DNA from: Gammaproteobacteria bacterium
Lineage (GTDB): Bacteria; Pseudomonadota; Gammaproteobacteria; UBA4575
Assembly (NCBI GenBank): GCA_965221955.1
Contig: CBDCTA010000029.1
Coordinates: 512,001-576,000, forward strand
DNA: 64,000 nucleotides
Direction of reading: 5' to 3'
The position numbers and the translations under genes are program-made. Below are positions 11,329 to 20,681 of this stretch, piece after piece. Under the pieces are notes generated by a model, which made no database searches, had not been told where the DNA came from, and saw only the letters and a program-made list of their open reading frames with translations. Position 1 is the first letter of the stretch, and each line of letters opens with the position of its first letter.

Positions 11329-12075
11329 TTGGGTGTGAAAAATATTTCGTTTGGTTTATACAGTTGTATGGCTGCAATACAGCAACGATCATTTCATATA
11401 CAAGAAGTATGTTTGCTAGATAGCAGAAACGATAAGCGTATGCAGGAAATTAAAGATGCGCTAGTTGCAAATAATATTTCGCATCGTTCTGTGAATAAAA
11501 AAGAACTAGAACAGCTATGCGGTGAAGTGAATCACCAAGGTGTGGTGGTAGTATATAAAGAGCAACAAACCAATAATGAAGCCACTTTGCTAGAGTATTG
11601 TGCGCAAGCCACTGAGCCATTGCTGTTGTTGGTGCTGGATCAAATTGTCGATCCACATAACTTAGGTGCTTGTTTGCGTACTGCAGAAGCAGCAGGGGCA
11701 AATGCGGTGATCAGTTCAACGCGTAACTCTGCGCCTTTGACACCCACAGTGCGTAAAGTTGCGTGTGGAGCTGCCGAACGGGTTCCCCTTATTTTTGCTA
11801 AAAATCTTGCGCGTTTTTTAGATGAGCTTAAACAACTCGGCGTTTGGGTGTATGGCACACAACCCACAGCGACAAAATTAATCTATGAAGCGGATTTTAG
11901 TCGTTCAACTGCACTCGTGATTGGTGCCGAAGGCTCAGGGATGCGTAGATTAGTCAGTGAGAAATGTGACGAATTATTACGCTTGCCCATGTCAGGAGAA
12001 ATGGCCAGCCTTAATGCTTCTGTCGCCACGGGTATTGGATTATTTGAAGCGGTGAGACAACGGTTAGAGGCCTGA
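11329..12075 (+). CDS. rlmB: 23S rRNA Gm2251 methyltransferase
   Basis: DPHNLGAC.RTA, GAEGSG.R, SLNASVA; follows rnr. Confidence 0.94.
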   Translation: MGVKNISFGLYSCMAAIQQRSFHIQEVCLLDSRNDKRMQEIKDALVANNISHRSVNKKELEQLCGEVNHQGVVVVYKEQQTNNEATLLEYCAQATEPLLLLVLDQIVDPHNLGACLRTAEAAGANAVISSTRNSAPLTPTVRKVACGAAERVPLIFAKNLARFLDELKQLGVWVYGTQPTATKLIYEADFSRSTALVIGAEGSGMRRLVSEKCDELLRLPMSGEMASLNASVATGIGLFEAVRQRLEA

Positions 12076-12120
12076 GCCGTGCGATATCCACTCATCTGTT
12101 TAGGGTAATTTTCAAGTGTC

Positions 12121-12149
12121 TTGCCTACTAAGAGGGCATCACGTACACT
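12121..12149 (+). promoter_or_regulatory. Sigma-70 promoter of rpsF operon
   Basis: TTGCCT-N17-TACACT. Confidence 0.6.
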
Positions 12150-12167
12150 TCGCGGCTCAAAATTCAG

Positions 12168-12234
12168 TAACTCCTTGCTTCACCGGGCCATACCTATGGT
12201 TACTGGGAGGCTTTAACCCATAGGGAGCATATAT
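12168..12234 (+). promoter_or_regulatory. Putative S6:S18 autoregulatory leader
   Basis: ACTCCTTGC near the 5' end is complementary to the GGGAG Shine-Dalgarno of rpsF, with an internal hairpin; position typical of this leader. Confidence 0.55.
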
Positions 12235-12717
12235 ATGCGTCACTACGAAATAGTGTTTCTGGTGCATCCTGACCAGAGCGACCAAGTCCCTGCGATGACA
12301 GAGCGTTATCGTTCTATTATCGATCAGGGTAATGGCAAAGTTCACCGCCTAGAAGATTGGGGACGTTTGCAACTTGCCTATCCGATTCAAAAGATTCATA
12401 AAGCACATTATGTGTTAATGAATATCGAGTGTAATCAAGAAGTCTTAGATGAGCTCACCAGTTCGTTTCGTTTTAACGATGCAGTGATTCGTAACATGGT
12501 GATTTCTGCGAAAAGAGCAGAGACTGAAAAGTCTGCAATGCTAAAAATGATTGAGCAAGAAGAAGCGGATAGTGGCAAAAAAACTGCCACTCAATCTAGC
12601 TCTGACTACTCGCAAGAACGCTCAACTGATGAGCCTGCTATAGAAGAAAGTCAGGCAGAAGCCCCGGCTGAAGCTGAACAAACTGAAGAAGCCGTTGCAG
12701 AGACATCTGAAAGTTAA
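12235..12717 (+). CDS. rpsF: 30S ribosomal protein S6 with long acidic tail
   Basis: [26 protein letters not shown]. Confidence 0.98.
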   Translation: MRHYEIVFLVHPDQSDQVPAMTERYRSIIDQGNGKVHRLEDWGRLQLAYPIQKIHKAHYVLMNIECNQEVLDELTSSFRFNDAVIRNMVISAKRAETEKSAMLKMIEQEEADSGKKTATQSSSDYSQERSTDEPAIEESQAEAPAEAEQTEEAVAETSES

Positions 12718-12741
12718 CGAATAGAATTAAAGGAAAATATC

Positions 12742-12966
12742 ATGGCACATTATTTTCGTAGAAGAAGGTATTGCCGCTTCACAGAAGAAGGCATTGAAGA
12801 AGTTGATTACAAAGACATTGCAATCTTAAAAGATTTCATTACGGAAACCGGTAAGATTGTGCCCAGTCGAGTAACCGGTACTAAGGCTAAATACCAACGC
12901 CAGTTATCTACCGCGATTAAACGGGCAAGATACATAGCGCTATTACCTTACAGCGATCGCCACTAA
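12742..12966 (+). CDS. rpsR: 30S ribosomal protein S18
   Basis: [28 protein letters not shown]. Confidence 0.98.
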   Translation: MAHYFRRRRYCRFTEEGIEEVDYKDIAILKDFITETGKIVPSRVTGTKAKYQRQLSTAIKRARYIALLPYSDRH

Positions 12967-13085
12967 GTATCTCCAGTAAGATCTAAGTAAATCTGCTATC
13001 TGGGTTAATTCTACAAAAAGTGGTTAATTTATAAGCGATTACGCTACTCAATTTTTATTATAATGGTTTATACAAAGAGAACGTT

Positions 13086-13535
13086 ATGGAAGTCATTTTA
13101 CTAACTAAAGTCGATAATCTTGGTGACTTAGGTGACAAGGTTAAAGTGCGCCCTGGTTATGCGCGCAATTTTTTAATTCCCAGTGGTAAAGCAAAATTTG
13201 CAACGGCTGAGAATTTAGCGGAGTTTGAAGCGCGTCGTGTGGAGTTAGAAAAACTTGCTGCTGAAGCATTGGCAAGTGCTGAAGCGCGTAAAGCTGAATT
13301 AGATGGCGCTAAGATTAGTATCACTGCAAAAGAAGTTGGCGAAGGCAAGTTGTTTGGTTCGGTTGGAATGGTCGATATCGTTAATGCTTTAAATGAAGCA
13401 GGTAAGAAGGTAGAAAAGAAAGAAGTACGCTTACCCGATGGTTCTTTCCATCATGTCGGGGAGTATCAAGTGGATATTCATTTACACTCTGATGTGAATG
13501 CAACGATTAACTTAGAGATTATTGGCGAAGAATAG
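13086..13535 (+). CDS. rplI: 50S ribosomal protein L9
   Basis: LG.LGD.VKV.PGYARNFLIP, GKLFGSV. Confidence 0.98.
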   Translation: MEVILLTKVDNLGDLGDKVKVRPGYARNFLIPSGKAKFATAENLAEFEARRVELEKLAAEALASAEARKAELDGAKISITAKEVGEGKLFGSVGMVDIVNALNEAGKKVEKKEVRLPDGSFHHVGEYQVDIHLHSDVNATINLEIIGEE

Positions 13536-13571
13536 TCGTTACGCCATGCGTCACCATGTTAATATAATATT

Positions 13572-15113
13572 GTGGCTGAATTAACTACGATTGGCACGGA
13601 GTTTGGGGCCACAAATACTGAAAGCCTACGCACGCTTCCTTATTCATTGGAGGCAGAACAAGCCGTAATCGGCGGACTCATTCTAGATAACTCCACTTGG
13701 GACCAGGTGGCGGATCGCATTAATGAAAACGATTTTCATTTATTTGATCATCGACTGATCTTTAGAACCATTGATGAGTTAGTAGAAAAGCAACAGCCGT
13801 TTGATGTGCTTACGCTTTCTGACTTATTGCGTCAGAAAGCTGAAATTTCCGATACTAATATTCTTGCCTACCTTGGTACACTTGCGAATGACACCCCCAG
13901 TGCAGCCAATATTCGTGCTTATGCGGATATTGTTCGTGAAAAATCAATTCTTAGACAGCTAGTAACTACCGGCAATGAAATTGCTTCGAGTGGGTTATCT
14001 CCTGAGGGGCGGGATGTAAATGAATTATTAGATGAAGCTGAACAAAAAGTTTTTCAGATTTCTGATCACAGCGTACATACCAGCCAAGGTTTTCAAAATA
14101 TAAAATCGCTACTCAAAACTACAGTTGAACAAATTGATGAATTGTTTGAACGCGGTGATCACATTACAGGTTTGCCGAGTGGCTATGATGAATTCGATGA
14201 GAAAACCGCAGGTTTGCAGAACGGCGAACTCATTATTGTCGCGGGTCGCCCGTCAATGGGTAAAACTAGTTTTGCAATGAACATTGTTGAATATGCTGCC
14301 TTGCGTAGTAATGCATCCGTTGCGATTTTTAGTATGGAAATGCCGGGGCGTTCGTTAACCATGAGAATGTTATCTTCTATGGGACGGATTGATGCGCAAC
14401 GCATACGTACAGGTAAGTTAACCGATGATGATTGGCCGCGTCTTACTAGTGCGGTTTCGATGTTGTCCGAGTCTAATTTATTTATTGATGATACGGCAGC
14501 GCTTTCACCAACTGAATTACGCGCGCGTGCTAGACGTTTGAAACGTGAGCATGGCTTATCTTTAATCATAGTGGATTATTTGCAGTTGATGCAGGTTAGC
14601 GGTACTACAGAAAATCGTGCAACTGAAATATCTGAAATCTCGCGTTCTTTAAAAGCCTTAGCAAAAGAATTAGATCTGCCTATTATTGCTTTGTCGCAAT
14701 TAAATCGTAGTTTAGAACAACGCACAGATAAGCGCCCTGTGATGTCTGATTTACGTGAATCAGGAGCGATAGAGCAAGATGCAGATTTGATTGTATTTAT
14801 CTATCGAGATGAAGTGTATAACGAAGACTCTCCTGATCAAGGTACCGCGGAAATCATTGTGGCAAAACAACGTAATGGTCCTATTTTTAAAACGAGACTG
14901 ACGTTCTTAGGTCAATACACGCGTTTTGAAAACTATGTGCCAGAGATTTATGTAGGAGGTCCGATGACTGGAGAAAGCTTTTCCAGTTCGAATATGACTA
15001 ATCCAAGCAGTCCTTCACCGGACCCTGGTTTTACAGAACAAAAGTTTTCTGATAAAAGTTTTCCTGCTAATGATTTTCCTAATGATATCCCTGATGACAT
15101 TGATGATGATTAA
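13572..15113 (+). CDS. dnaB: Replicative DNA helicase with C-terminal acidic extension
   Basis: AGRPSMGKT, FSMEM, DYLQL, LSQLNR, SDLRESGAIEQDAD, KQRNGP. Confidence 0.97.
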   Translation: MAELTTIGTEFGATNTESLRTLPYSLEAEQAVIGGLILDNSTWDQVADRINENDFHLFDHRLIFRTIDELVEKQQPFDVLTLSDLLRQKAEISDTNILAYLGTLANDTPSAANIRAYADIVREKSILRQLVTTGNEIASSGLSPEGRDVNELLDEAEQKVFQISDHSVHTSQGFQNIKSLLKTTVEQIDELFERGDHITGLPSGYDEFDEKTAGLQNGELIIVAGRPSMGKTSFAMNIVEYAALRSNASVAIFSMEMPGRSLTMRMLSSMGRIDAQRIRTGKLTDDDWPRLTSAVSMLSESNLFIDDTAALSPTELRARARRLKREHGLSLIIVDYLQLMQVSGTTENRATEISEISRSLKALAKELDLPIIALSQLNRSLEQRTDKRPVMSDLRESGAIEQDADLIVFIYRDEVYNEDSPDQGTAEIIVAKQRNGPIFKTRLTFLGQYTRFENYVPEIYVGGPMTGESFSSSNMTNPSSPSPDPGFTEQKFSDKSFPANDFPNDIPDDIDDD

Positions 15114-15152
15114 TGAAATGCTATGTCGAAAAACTCACCATGAGTTGTCTGC

Positions 15153-16232
15153 ATGAAGCGGGCTGCATTTGCGCGCATTAATTTAGCCCACCTAAAACAT
15201 AATCTTGCTGCCGTACGAAAAGTAGCAAATCAATCAAAAATCATGGCGGTGGTCAAGGCAGATGCTTATGGTCATGGCATGCTAAAAGTGTGTAACAGTT
15301 TACAAGATGTAGATGCCTTTTCAGTCGCTTATGTAAATGAAGCGCTAGAATTACGCGAAAGTGGTATTCAACAACCCATCGTGGCTTTACAAGGATTTAG
15401 TAGTGTTGAGGATTTGCAAAATGCAGTTAAGCAAAACATTCAAGTAGTGATTCATCATCAAGAACAATTAAATATTCTACAAAGATTTCCCGCTCCTACT
15501 AAATTGGATGTGTTCGTAAAGCTTGATACCGGTATGCATCGTTTGGGTTTTGTGCCCAGTGAATTTTCAACAGTATTGGGTCAAGTGCAATTACTGTTAT
15601 CCAATGAATCAAAAATAAGTTTTATGACACATTTAGCGTGTGCGGATGAGGTTGATAATCCCGCGACTCGAGCACAACTTCAACAATTTGATCTCGCGGT
15701 TGAAGATAAAAGTGGAGAGCAAACGATTGCGAATTCAGCGGGTATCATAGCTTGGCCGGAGTGTCATCGAGACTGGGTGCGCCCAGGTCTTGTCCTATAC
15801 GGTGTTAACCCCATCGAACAACAAGCAGCATCAACATCTATAGATTTACGAGCAGTGATGAGCCTGTATGCACCGCTTATCTCGGTTAAAAACTGTAAAA
15901 AAGGTGAAAAAATTGGCTATGGTGGCGATTTTAGTTGCCCTAGTGATATGGTCATAGGCATCATAGCAATAGGTTATGCGGATGGTTATCCACGTCATTT
16001 GAAACACGCACCTGATGTGTCAGTTGGTGGAAGACGAGTAACGGTAGTGGGTCGAGTTTCGATGGATATGATCGCGGTAGATCTAACCAGTACTGAGGCG
16101 CGAATAGGAGAAATCGTGGAGCTATGGGGTGAAACTGTTTCCGTAGCAGAAGTAGCAAAGCATGCTGAGACCATAAGTTATGAGCTGTTGTGTGCTGCAG
16201 GTAATGCAGTAGAAAAAAAATACATTCAATGA
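15153..16232 (+). CDS. alr: Alanine racemase
   Basis: AVVKADAYGHG, DTGMHRLG, GYADGYPR, GRVSMD. Confidence 0.96.
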   Translation: MKRAAFARINLAHLKHNLAAVRKVANQSKIMAVVKADAYGHGMLKVCNSLQDVDAFSVAYVNEALELRESGIQQPIVALQGFSSVEDLQNAVKQNIQVVIHHQEQLNILQRFPAPTKLDVFVKLDTGMHRLGFVPSEFSTVLGQVQLLLSNESKISFMTHLACADEVDNPATRAQLQQFDLAVEDKSGEQTIANSAGIIAWPECHRDWVRPGLVLYGVNPIEQQAASTSIDLRAVMSLYAPLISVKNCKKGEKIGYGGDFSCPSDMVIGIIAIGYADGYPRHLKHAPDVSVGGRRVTVVGRVSMDMIAVDLTSTEARIGEIVELWGETVSVAEVAKHAETISYELLCAAGNAVEKKYIQ

Positions 16233-16244
16233 TGGCGGTGTAAT

Positions 16245-17909
16245 ATGGAAAAAGTTTGGTTAAAAAGCTATCCAGAAGGTGTTCCTGAATTTGCAGAGTT
16301 GGGTAAGTATAAATCGTTGGCACATATGTTTGACGAATGTGCAGAGCGGCATAGTCATCTGCCAGCATTCTCCAACATGGGTGCGTCGATTAGTTTTTCT
16401 GAACTTAATATCGAGAGCTACAATTTTGCAGCTTATCTACAAACTGAACTAGGTTGTAAAAAAGGTGATCGTGTCGCGATCATGCTACCTAATTTATTGC
16501 AATTCCCTGTCGCTTTGTATGGTGTGTTACGTTCGGGTTGTGTTGCGGTTGACGTTAACCCACTTTATACCTCGCGCGAACTTGGTCACTACTTAAAAGA
16601 CTCTGGTGCAAAAGTAATTGTAATATTGGAAAACTTTGCAGATGTACTTGCTGAAATTATTCATGACACAGATGTTGAGCATGTAATTCTCACAAGAGTG
16701 GGCGATATGCTTGGTTTTCCAAAGTCGTTGCTGGTTAATTTTGTCCTTAAATATGTACAGAAAAAAATTCCTAAATACTCTATTGATAAAATTATTCCTT
16801 TCAATGAAGTCCTCGCAGTTGGGCAACAAAGGCAACTTGTAAAGCCAGAGCTGACTCAAGATGATTTAGCTTTTTTGCAATTTACTGGTGGAACAACAGG
16901 TTTAGCCAAGGGTGCAATGTTGTCGCACGGCAATTTGCTTGCCAATGTGGCGCAAGCCGGAGCTTTTTTTGGCCCAATTTTAGAAGAAGGTAAAGAAATC
17001 GTAATTACGGCCTTACCGCTGTACCACATATTTTCTTTAACTGCGAATTGTTTCTTGTTCACCAAAATTGGTGGGTTAAATTATTTAATTACTAACCCAC
17101 GCGATATGAAAGGCTTTGTAAAAGAGTTAGGCAAAGTGAAGTTTTCAGTGATCACTGGTGTAAATACTTTATTTAATGGTTTATTAAATACAGATGGCTT
17201 TTCCGATTTGGATTTCTCTCACCTTAAAGTTACTCTGGGTGGTGGTATGGCAGTGCAAGAATCTGTAGCAACAGAATGGCACGAAACCACGGGTTGTGTG
17301 TTAGCTGAGGCTTATGGTTTAACCGAAGCTTCTCCTGCGGTAACAATGAATCCTTATGATCTAAAAGAATATAACGGCACGATAGGTTTACCCATTCCGA
17401 ATACGGAAATCTCAATTCAAGATGATGAAGGGAATCATCTTGGAATAGAAGAAGCTGGAGAGCTATGTGTACGCGGGCCGCAAGTGATGCAAGGTTATTG
17501 GAACCGTCCTGAAGAAACTAAAAATACAATCGATGAAGAGGGTTGGTTGAAAACCGGTGATATTGCAATGGTGTCAGAGGATGGCTTTGTGCGTATTGTC
17601 GATCGTAAAAAAGATATGATTCTTGTTTCAGGTTTTAATGTCTATCCAAATGAAATTGAAAATGTAGTGCAGTCTCATGCTGGAGTATTAGAAGTGGCAG
17701 CCGTTGGTGTGGGTGATGAAGAGTCTGGCGAGGTAGTAAAGCTTTTCATTGTTAAGAAAGACCCTGCGTTGACTAAAGAAGATGTGTTAGAGCATTGCAA
17801 AGACCGGCTAACGCGTTATAAATGGCCTAAACATATTGAGTTTAGAGATGAGCTGCCTAAGACCAATGTTGGCAAAATCTTGCGTCGCGCACTTAGGGAT
17901 GAGGAATAG
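16245..17909 (+). CDS. fadD: Long-chain fatty acid-CoA ligase
   Basis: FTGGTTG.AKG, YGLTE, KTGD, SGFNVYPNEIE, PKTNVGKILRR. Confidence 0.93.
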   Translation: MEKVWLKSYPEGVPEFAELGKYKSLAHMFDECAERHSHLPAFSNMGASISFSELNIESYNFAAYLQTELGCKKGDRVAIMLPNLLQFPVALYGVLRSGCVAVDVNPLYTSRELGHYLKDSGAKVIVILENFADVLAEIIHDTDVEHVILTRVGDMLGFPKSLLVNFVLKYVQKKIPKYSIDKIIPFNEVLAVGQQRQLVKPELTQDDLAFLQFTGGTTGLAKGAMLSHGNLLANVAQAGAFFGPILEEGKEIVITALPLYHIFSLTANCFLFTKIGGLNYLITNPRDMKGFVKELGKVKFSVITGVNTLFNGLLNTDGFSDLDFSHLKVTLGGGMAVQESVATEWHETTGCVLAEAYGLTEASPAVTMNPYDLKEYNGTIGLPIPNTEISIQDDEGNHLGIEEAGELCVRGPQVMQGYWNRPEETKNTIDEEGWLKTGDIAMVSEDGFVRIVDRKKDMILVSGFNVYPNEIENVVQSHAGVLEVAAVGVGDEESGEVVKLFIVKKDPALTKEDVLEHCKDRLTRYKWPKHIEFRDELPKTNVGKILRRALRDEE

Positions 17910-18127
17910 AAAATTAATGTAATCGTGTTCAATAAGCTTCTGCTTGGAGGTGGTATTTTCTTAAAATAGGATGTATTTCAAAGAGTTAAAATCCCATAAA
18001 AAAATATGGAATTTGTAGAAAATGTGACGTAATTCCGTTGATCAAATGACGAAATTTCGTGACTATAGGTACTCTTAATCTTGTTTATAAGTCGTGCTAG
18101 AAGGCGTGACTCCGGAGTTGGTAATCA

Positions 18128-18625
18128 GTGAAGTCATACGAACAATCTGAAGATGCGATAAGTGATGCTCAGTTAGCGCTAGAGCGTCGTGATCGTCGTG
18201 ATCGTCGCACACCTTCCTTGAAGGGATTTGTCTATGGCTTGTTTTTGGCCAGGCGTCGTGGCCCTCGACGTGCAGAAAATTTATATCAATATAGTGATTG
18301 GTACGATGTTAAGTTATTAGTGCTATCGCTTAGCTTATTATTGTTGTCGTGCTTAGATGCTGCGATGACAATGAAGTTGTTATCTTTGGGTGCGGTGGAA
18401 CTAAACCCAATCATGAACGAGTTGATCAATCAGGGCACACGTTATTTTATTTGGATTAAAATTGCTATTACTGCGTTGTGTGTCATCGTGCTCGTTGCTC
18501 ACAATCGTTTTAAGCTGTTTAATTTTTTACGTGTCGACGTAATTCTCATTACCGCAGTATTTATTTATCTAGGTTTGGTGACTTACGAGTTTTATCTGTA
18601 TACCTTGGGTATACCTGCAGTTTAA
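18128..18625 (+). CDS. Membrane protein with ERR/DRR repeats (DUF5658-like)
   Basis: ERRDRRDRR N-terminus, LD..MT..LL..GAVELNP.M motif, three TM helices. Confidence 0.75.
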   Translation: MKSYEQSEDAISDAQLALERRDRRDRRTPSLKGFVYGLFLARRRGPRRAENLYQYSDWYDVKLLVLSLSLLLLSCLDAAMTMKLLSLGAVELNPIMNELINQGTRYFIWIKIAITALCVIVLVAHNRFKLFNFLRVDVILITAVFIYLGLVTYEFYLYTLGIPAV

Positions 18626-18978
18626 TTAAGCGATCCAATTAAGCTTTCATTTGGGTCTTGACGGATCTTTTTTAATTCTCTTTTCCAGAGTTTTATATTT
18701 TTAGGGCTTACGCCTTTTTCTACACTGTCTAGCCATTGGTCATGGCAGTTCATGACGAGTTCTAATCCTTCGTCAGTGAAATCTGAAACCTTTATTTCTA
18801 GTGAATGCCAGTCTTCGACTGCTTTGGGTAGTTTGTTTTTATATAAGCTACTTTCAAGTAAAAAACCTAATAATGGCTCATATCTTGATTTGAACTTTTC
18901 AATCGCATCCAGCTTGGAAGCGTCATCCATTTCTTCGTATATGTACCATTTGCACGCATCAATCGTGAATTCTTTCAT
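18622..18978 (-). CDS. Hypothetical protein
   Basis: 118-aa ORF with AAGGA Shine-Dalgarno upstream; no recognisable motif. Confidence 0.65.
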   Translation of the reverse strand: MKEFTIDACKWYIYEEMDDASKLDAIEKFKSRYEPLLGFLLESSLYKNKLPKAVEDWHSLEIKVSDFTDEGLELVMNCHDQWLDSVEKGVSPKNIKLWKRELKKIRQDPNESLIGSLN

Positions 18979-19134
18979 TGAGCATCCTTTGGTTTAGAGT
19001 TCCATTATTATATTTCTAAAAAACGTATTGTTATTTAATATATCTTTTGCATACAAATGTTATGTAAGCATGTCATCTGGATTTATTTACCATTTATCCT
19101 AATTGTTAATATTATTTGGTTTGTATTTAATTTT

Positions 19135-19833
19135 TTACACTTTAACGATCACAGCATTAAAGTATTGTGCATATACCTCAAGCGCACGATCTTTTGCTAA
19201 ACCTAAATGATCGGCGAGTGCTAAATCCATGCCGCGAAAGTTAATGTCATAATCTTTTGTATTAGATTCACTTTTGACAAATAAGGGCGACTCTTTGTTA
19301 TGCAGCAAAAATATTTTCGCAATAGATTGTTCGATAGGTATATCTAGTGATATGTGTCGTAAATCTGAATAATGCTGTTTCGTATGTTCTCTTGCAGCAA
19401 TAGAGATATCATCAAAACGCGCAGCCAATGCATAAGCTTGTTTGCTATCTAACCAAGTTTCTATGTGTTTGCTTTGGAGTTCTAAAATTCTTTCTGCATG
19501 CACACTACCTAATTCGCTGATGGCGTAGACGAAAAAAATGTAAAGCTGATAAAGCTTTATTGCATTTGTGAAAGCAGGAACAAAAGATTTAGGTGTTTCG
19601 TGATCTTCTTGTACGGAGTAATTAAATGGGGTGATGTTTTTAAGTAATAAATCGAGTGGGTAAAATGCTACGCTTTCAATCGTTCTTACTTCGCTATCAA
19701 CATCAACGTTTTGATCAATGTGATATTCCTGTAGGCACAGGCGTGCACTAGATTTCCGATTCGCGACCTCATTAGCGGTGAGCCCCCAGAGGTCTGGAAA
19801 ATCGGTTGAATCGATGGGTAGTGATTGCCCCAA
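19135..19833 (-). CDS. Hypothetical protein
   Basis: 232-aa ORF, TTG start preceded by AGGAG. Confidence 0.7.
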   Translation of the reverse strand: MGQSLPIDSTDFPDLWGLTANEVANRKSSARLCLQEYHIDQNVDVDSEVRTIESVAFYPLDLLLKNITPFNYSVQEDHETPKSFVPAFTNAIKLYQLYIFFVYAISELGSVHAERILELQSKHIETWLDSKQAYALAARFDDISIAAREHTKQHYSDLRHISLDIPIEQSIAKIFLLHNKESPLFVKSESNTKDYDINFRGMDLALADHLGLAKDRALEVYAQYFNAVIVKV

Positions 19834-20021
19834 TGGGTGCTCCTAGCGTAAAGATTAGATACAAATACCTATCTTAAGGGGGCTTTCTAAAGGGGCTCTA
19901 CAAACTTGAGATCGCCCGTTGTAAAGCAACGATAGAAGGATATTTGCCTAATCTAAACCACTGACTTTTTAGTGATAATCCAATATTTTTAGTTAATATC
20001 GATTCAAATTGCTAGTAATAA

Positions 20022-20043
20022 AAATGTGATCTGGTTCGCAATT
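20022..20043. promoter_or_regulatory. CRP/Vfr/Clp-type binding site
   Basis: AAATGTGATCTGGTTCGCAATT versus consensus AAATGTGATCTAGATCACATTT (18/22). Confidence 0.65.
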
Positions 20044-20120
20044 CGCTTTTGTGTGTACAATAGCCATAATATTTAGCACGAGTAGTGCTGAACGACTAAG
20101 CCACAATAAGTAAAATAAAG

Positions 20121-20669
20121 ATGGGCGAATCAAAACAAATCATTTCTGCAGCGTTGCAAACTAATGCTAGTCAAGCATCAATGGCAAAAATAAAAAATGG
20201 CAAAAATGCTGATGAGCAATTAGCGGATGAAGTTAAAAAGCTAGACCAAATCCGTGACATGCTTTTTGGCGAACACGTCGCAGCTTTGCAAGACAAATAT
20301 CAAACACTAGATAAAAATCTTGATCAAAGCATATCTGTTTTGCGCGAAGAGCTTAATACCTCAATTGCAGACTTAAAAAAGCAGGTTGATAAGAGATTTG
20401 ATCAATTGCAAAAGAATTTTCAGGCTGAACAAGTCGATCGTGAGTCACAACATGAAGAGCTAAGCTCTAATCTCGCGTCAATTAATTCAGATATCCTCAC
20501 AAAGATCGATTTGGAAGCAAAAAGAATCGATCAAGCATTCGATGAACAGCAGCAGGAATCCACTCGACAAATGAATGAGATGGTTGATTCATTACAAAAT
20601 GCAAAAGTGGATCGTAAGTCTTTAGCTGCAATATTTAGCCAATTTGCTAAGGAGCTTGAAGGCTCGTAA
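20121..20669 (+). CDS. Coiled-coil protein of unknown function
   Basis: LDQIRDMLFGEH motif, long heptad pattern, C-terminal KVDRKSLAAIF. Confidence 0.85.
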   Translation: MGESKQIISAALQTNASQASMAKIKNGKNADEQLADEVKKLDQIRDMLFGEHVAALQDKYQTLDKNLDQSISVLREELNTSIADLKKQVDKRFDQLQKNFQAEQVDRESQHEELSSNLASINSDILTKIDLEAKRIDQAFDEQQQESTRQMNEMVDSLQNAKVDRKSLAAIFSQFAKELEGS

Positions 20670-20681
20670 GCGAGGTTGTAA

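Noticed and set aside
12535-13085. Long acidic S6 tail and absence of priB in the rpsF-rpsR-rplI cluster
   Set aside because: Both are common in non-enteric gammaproteobacteria
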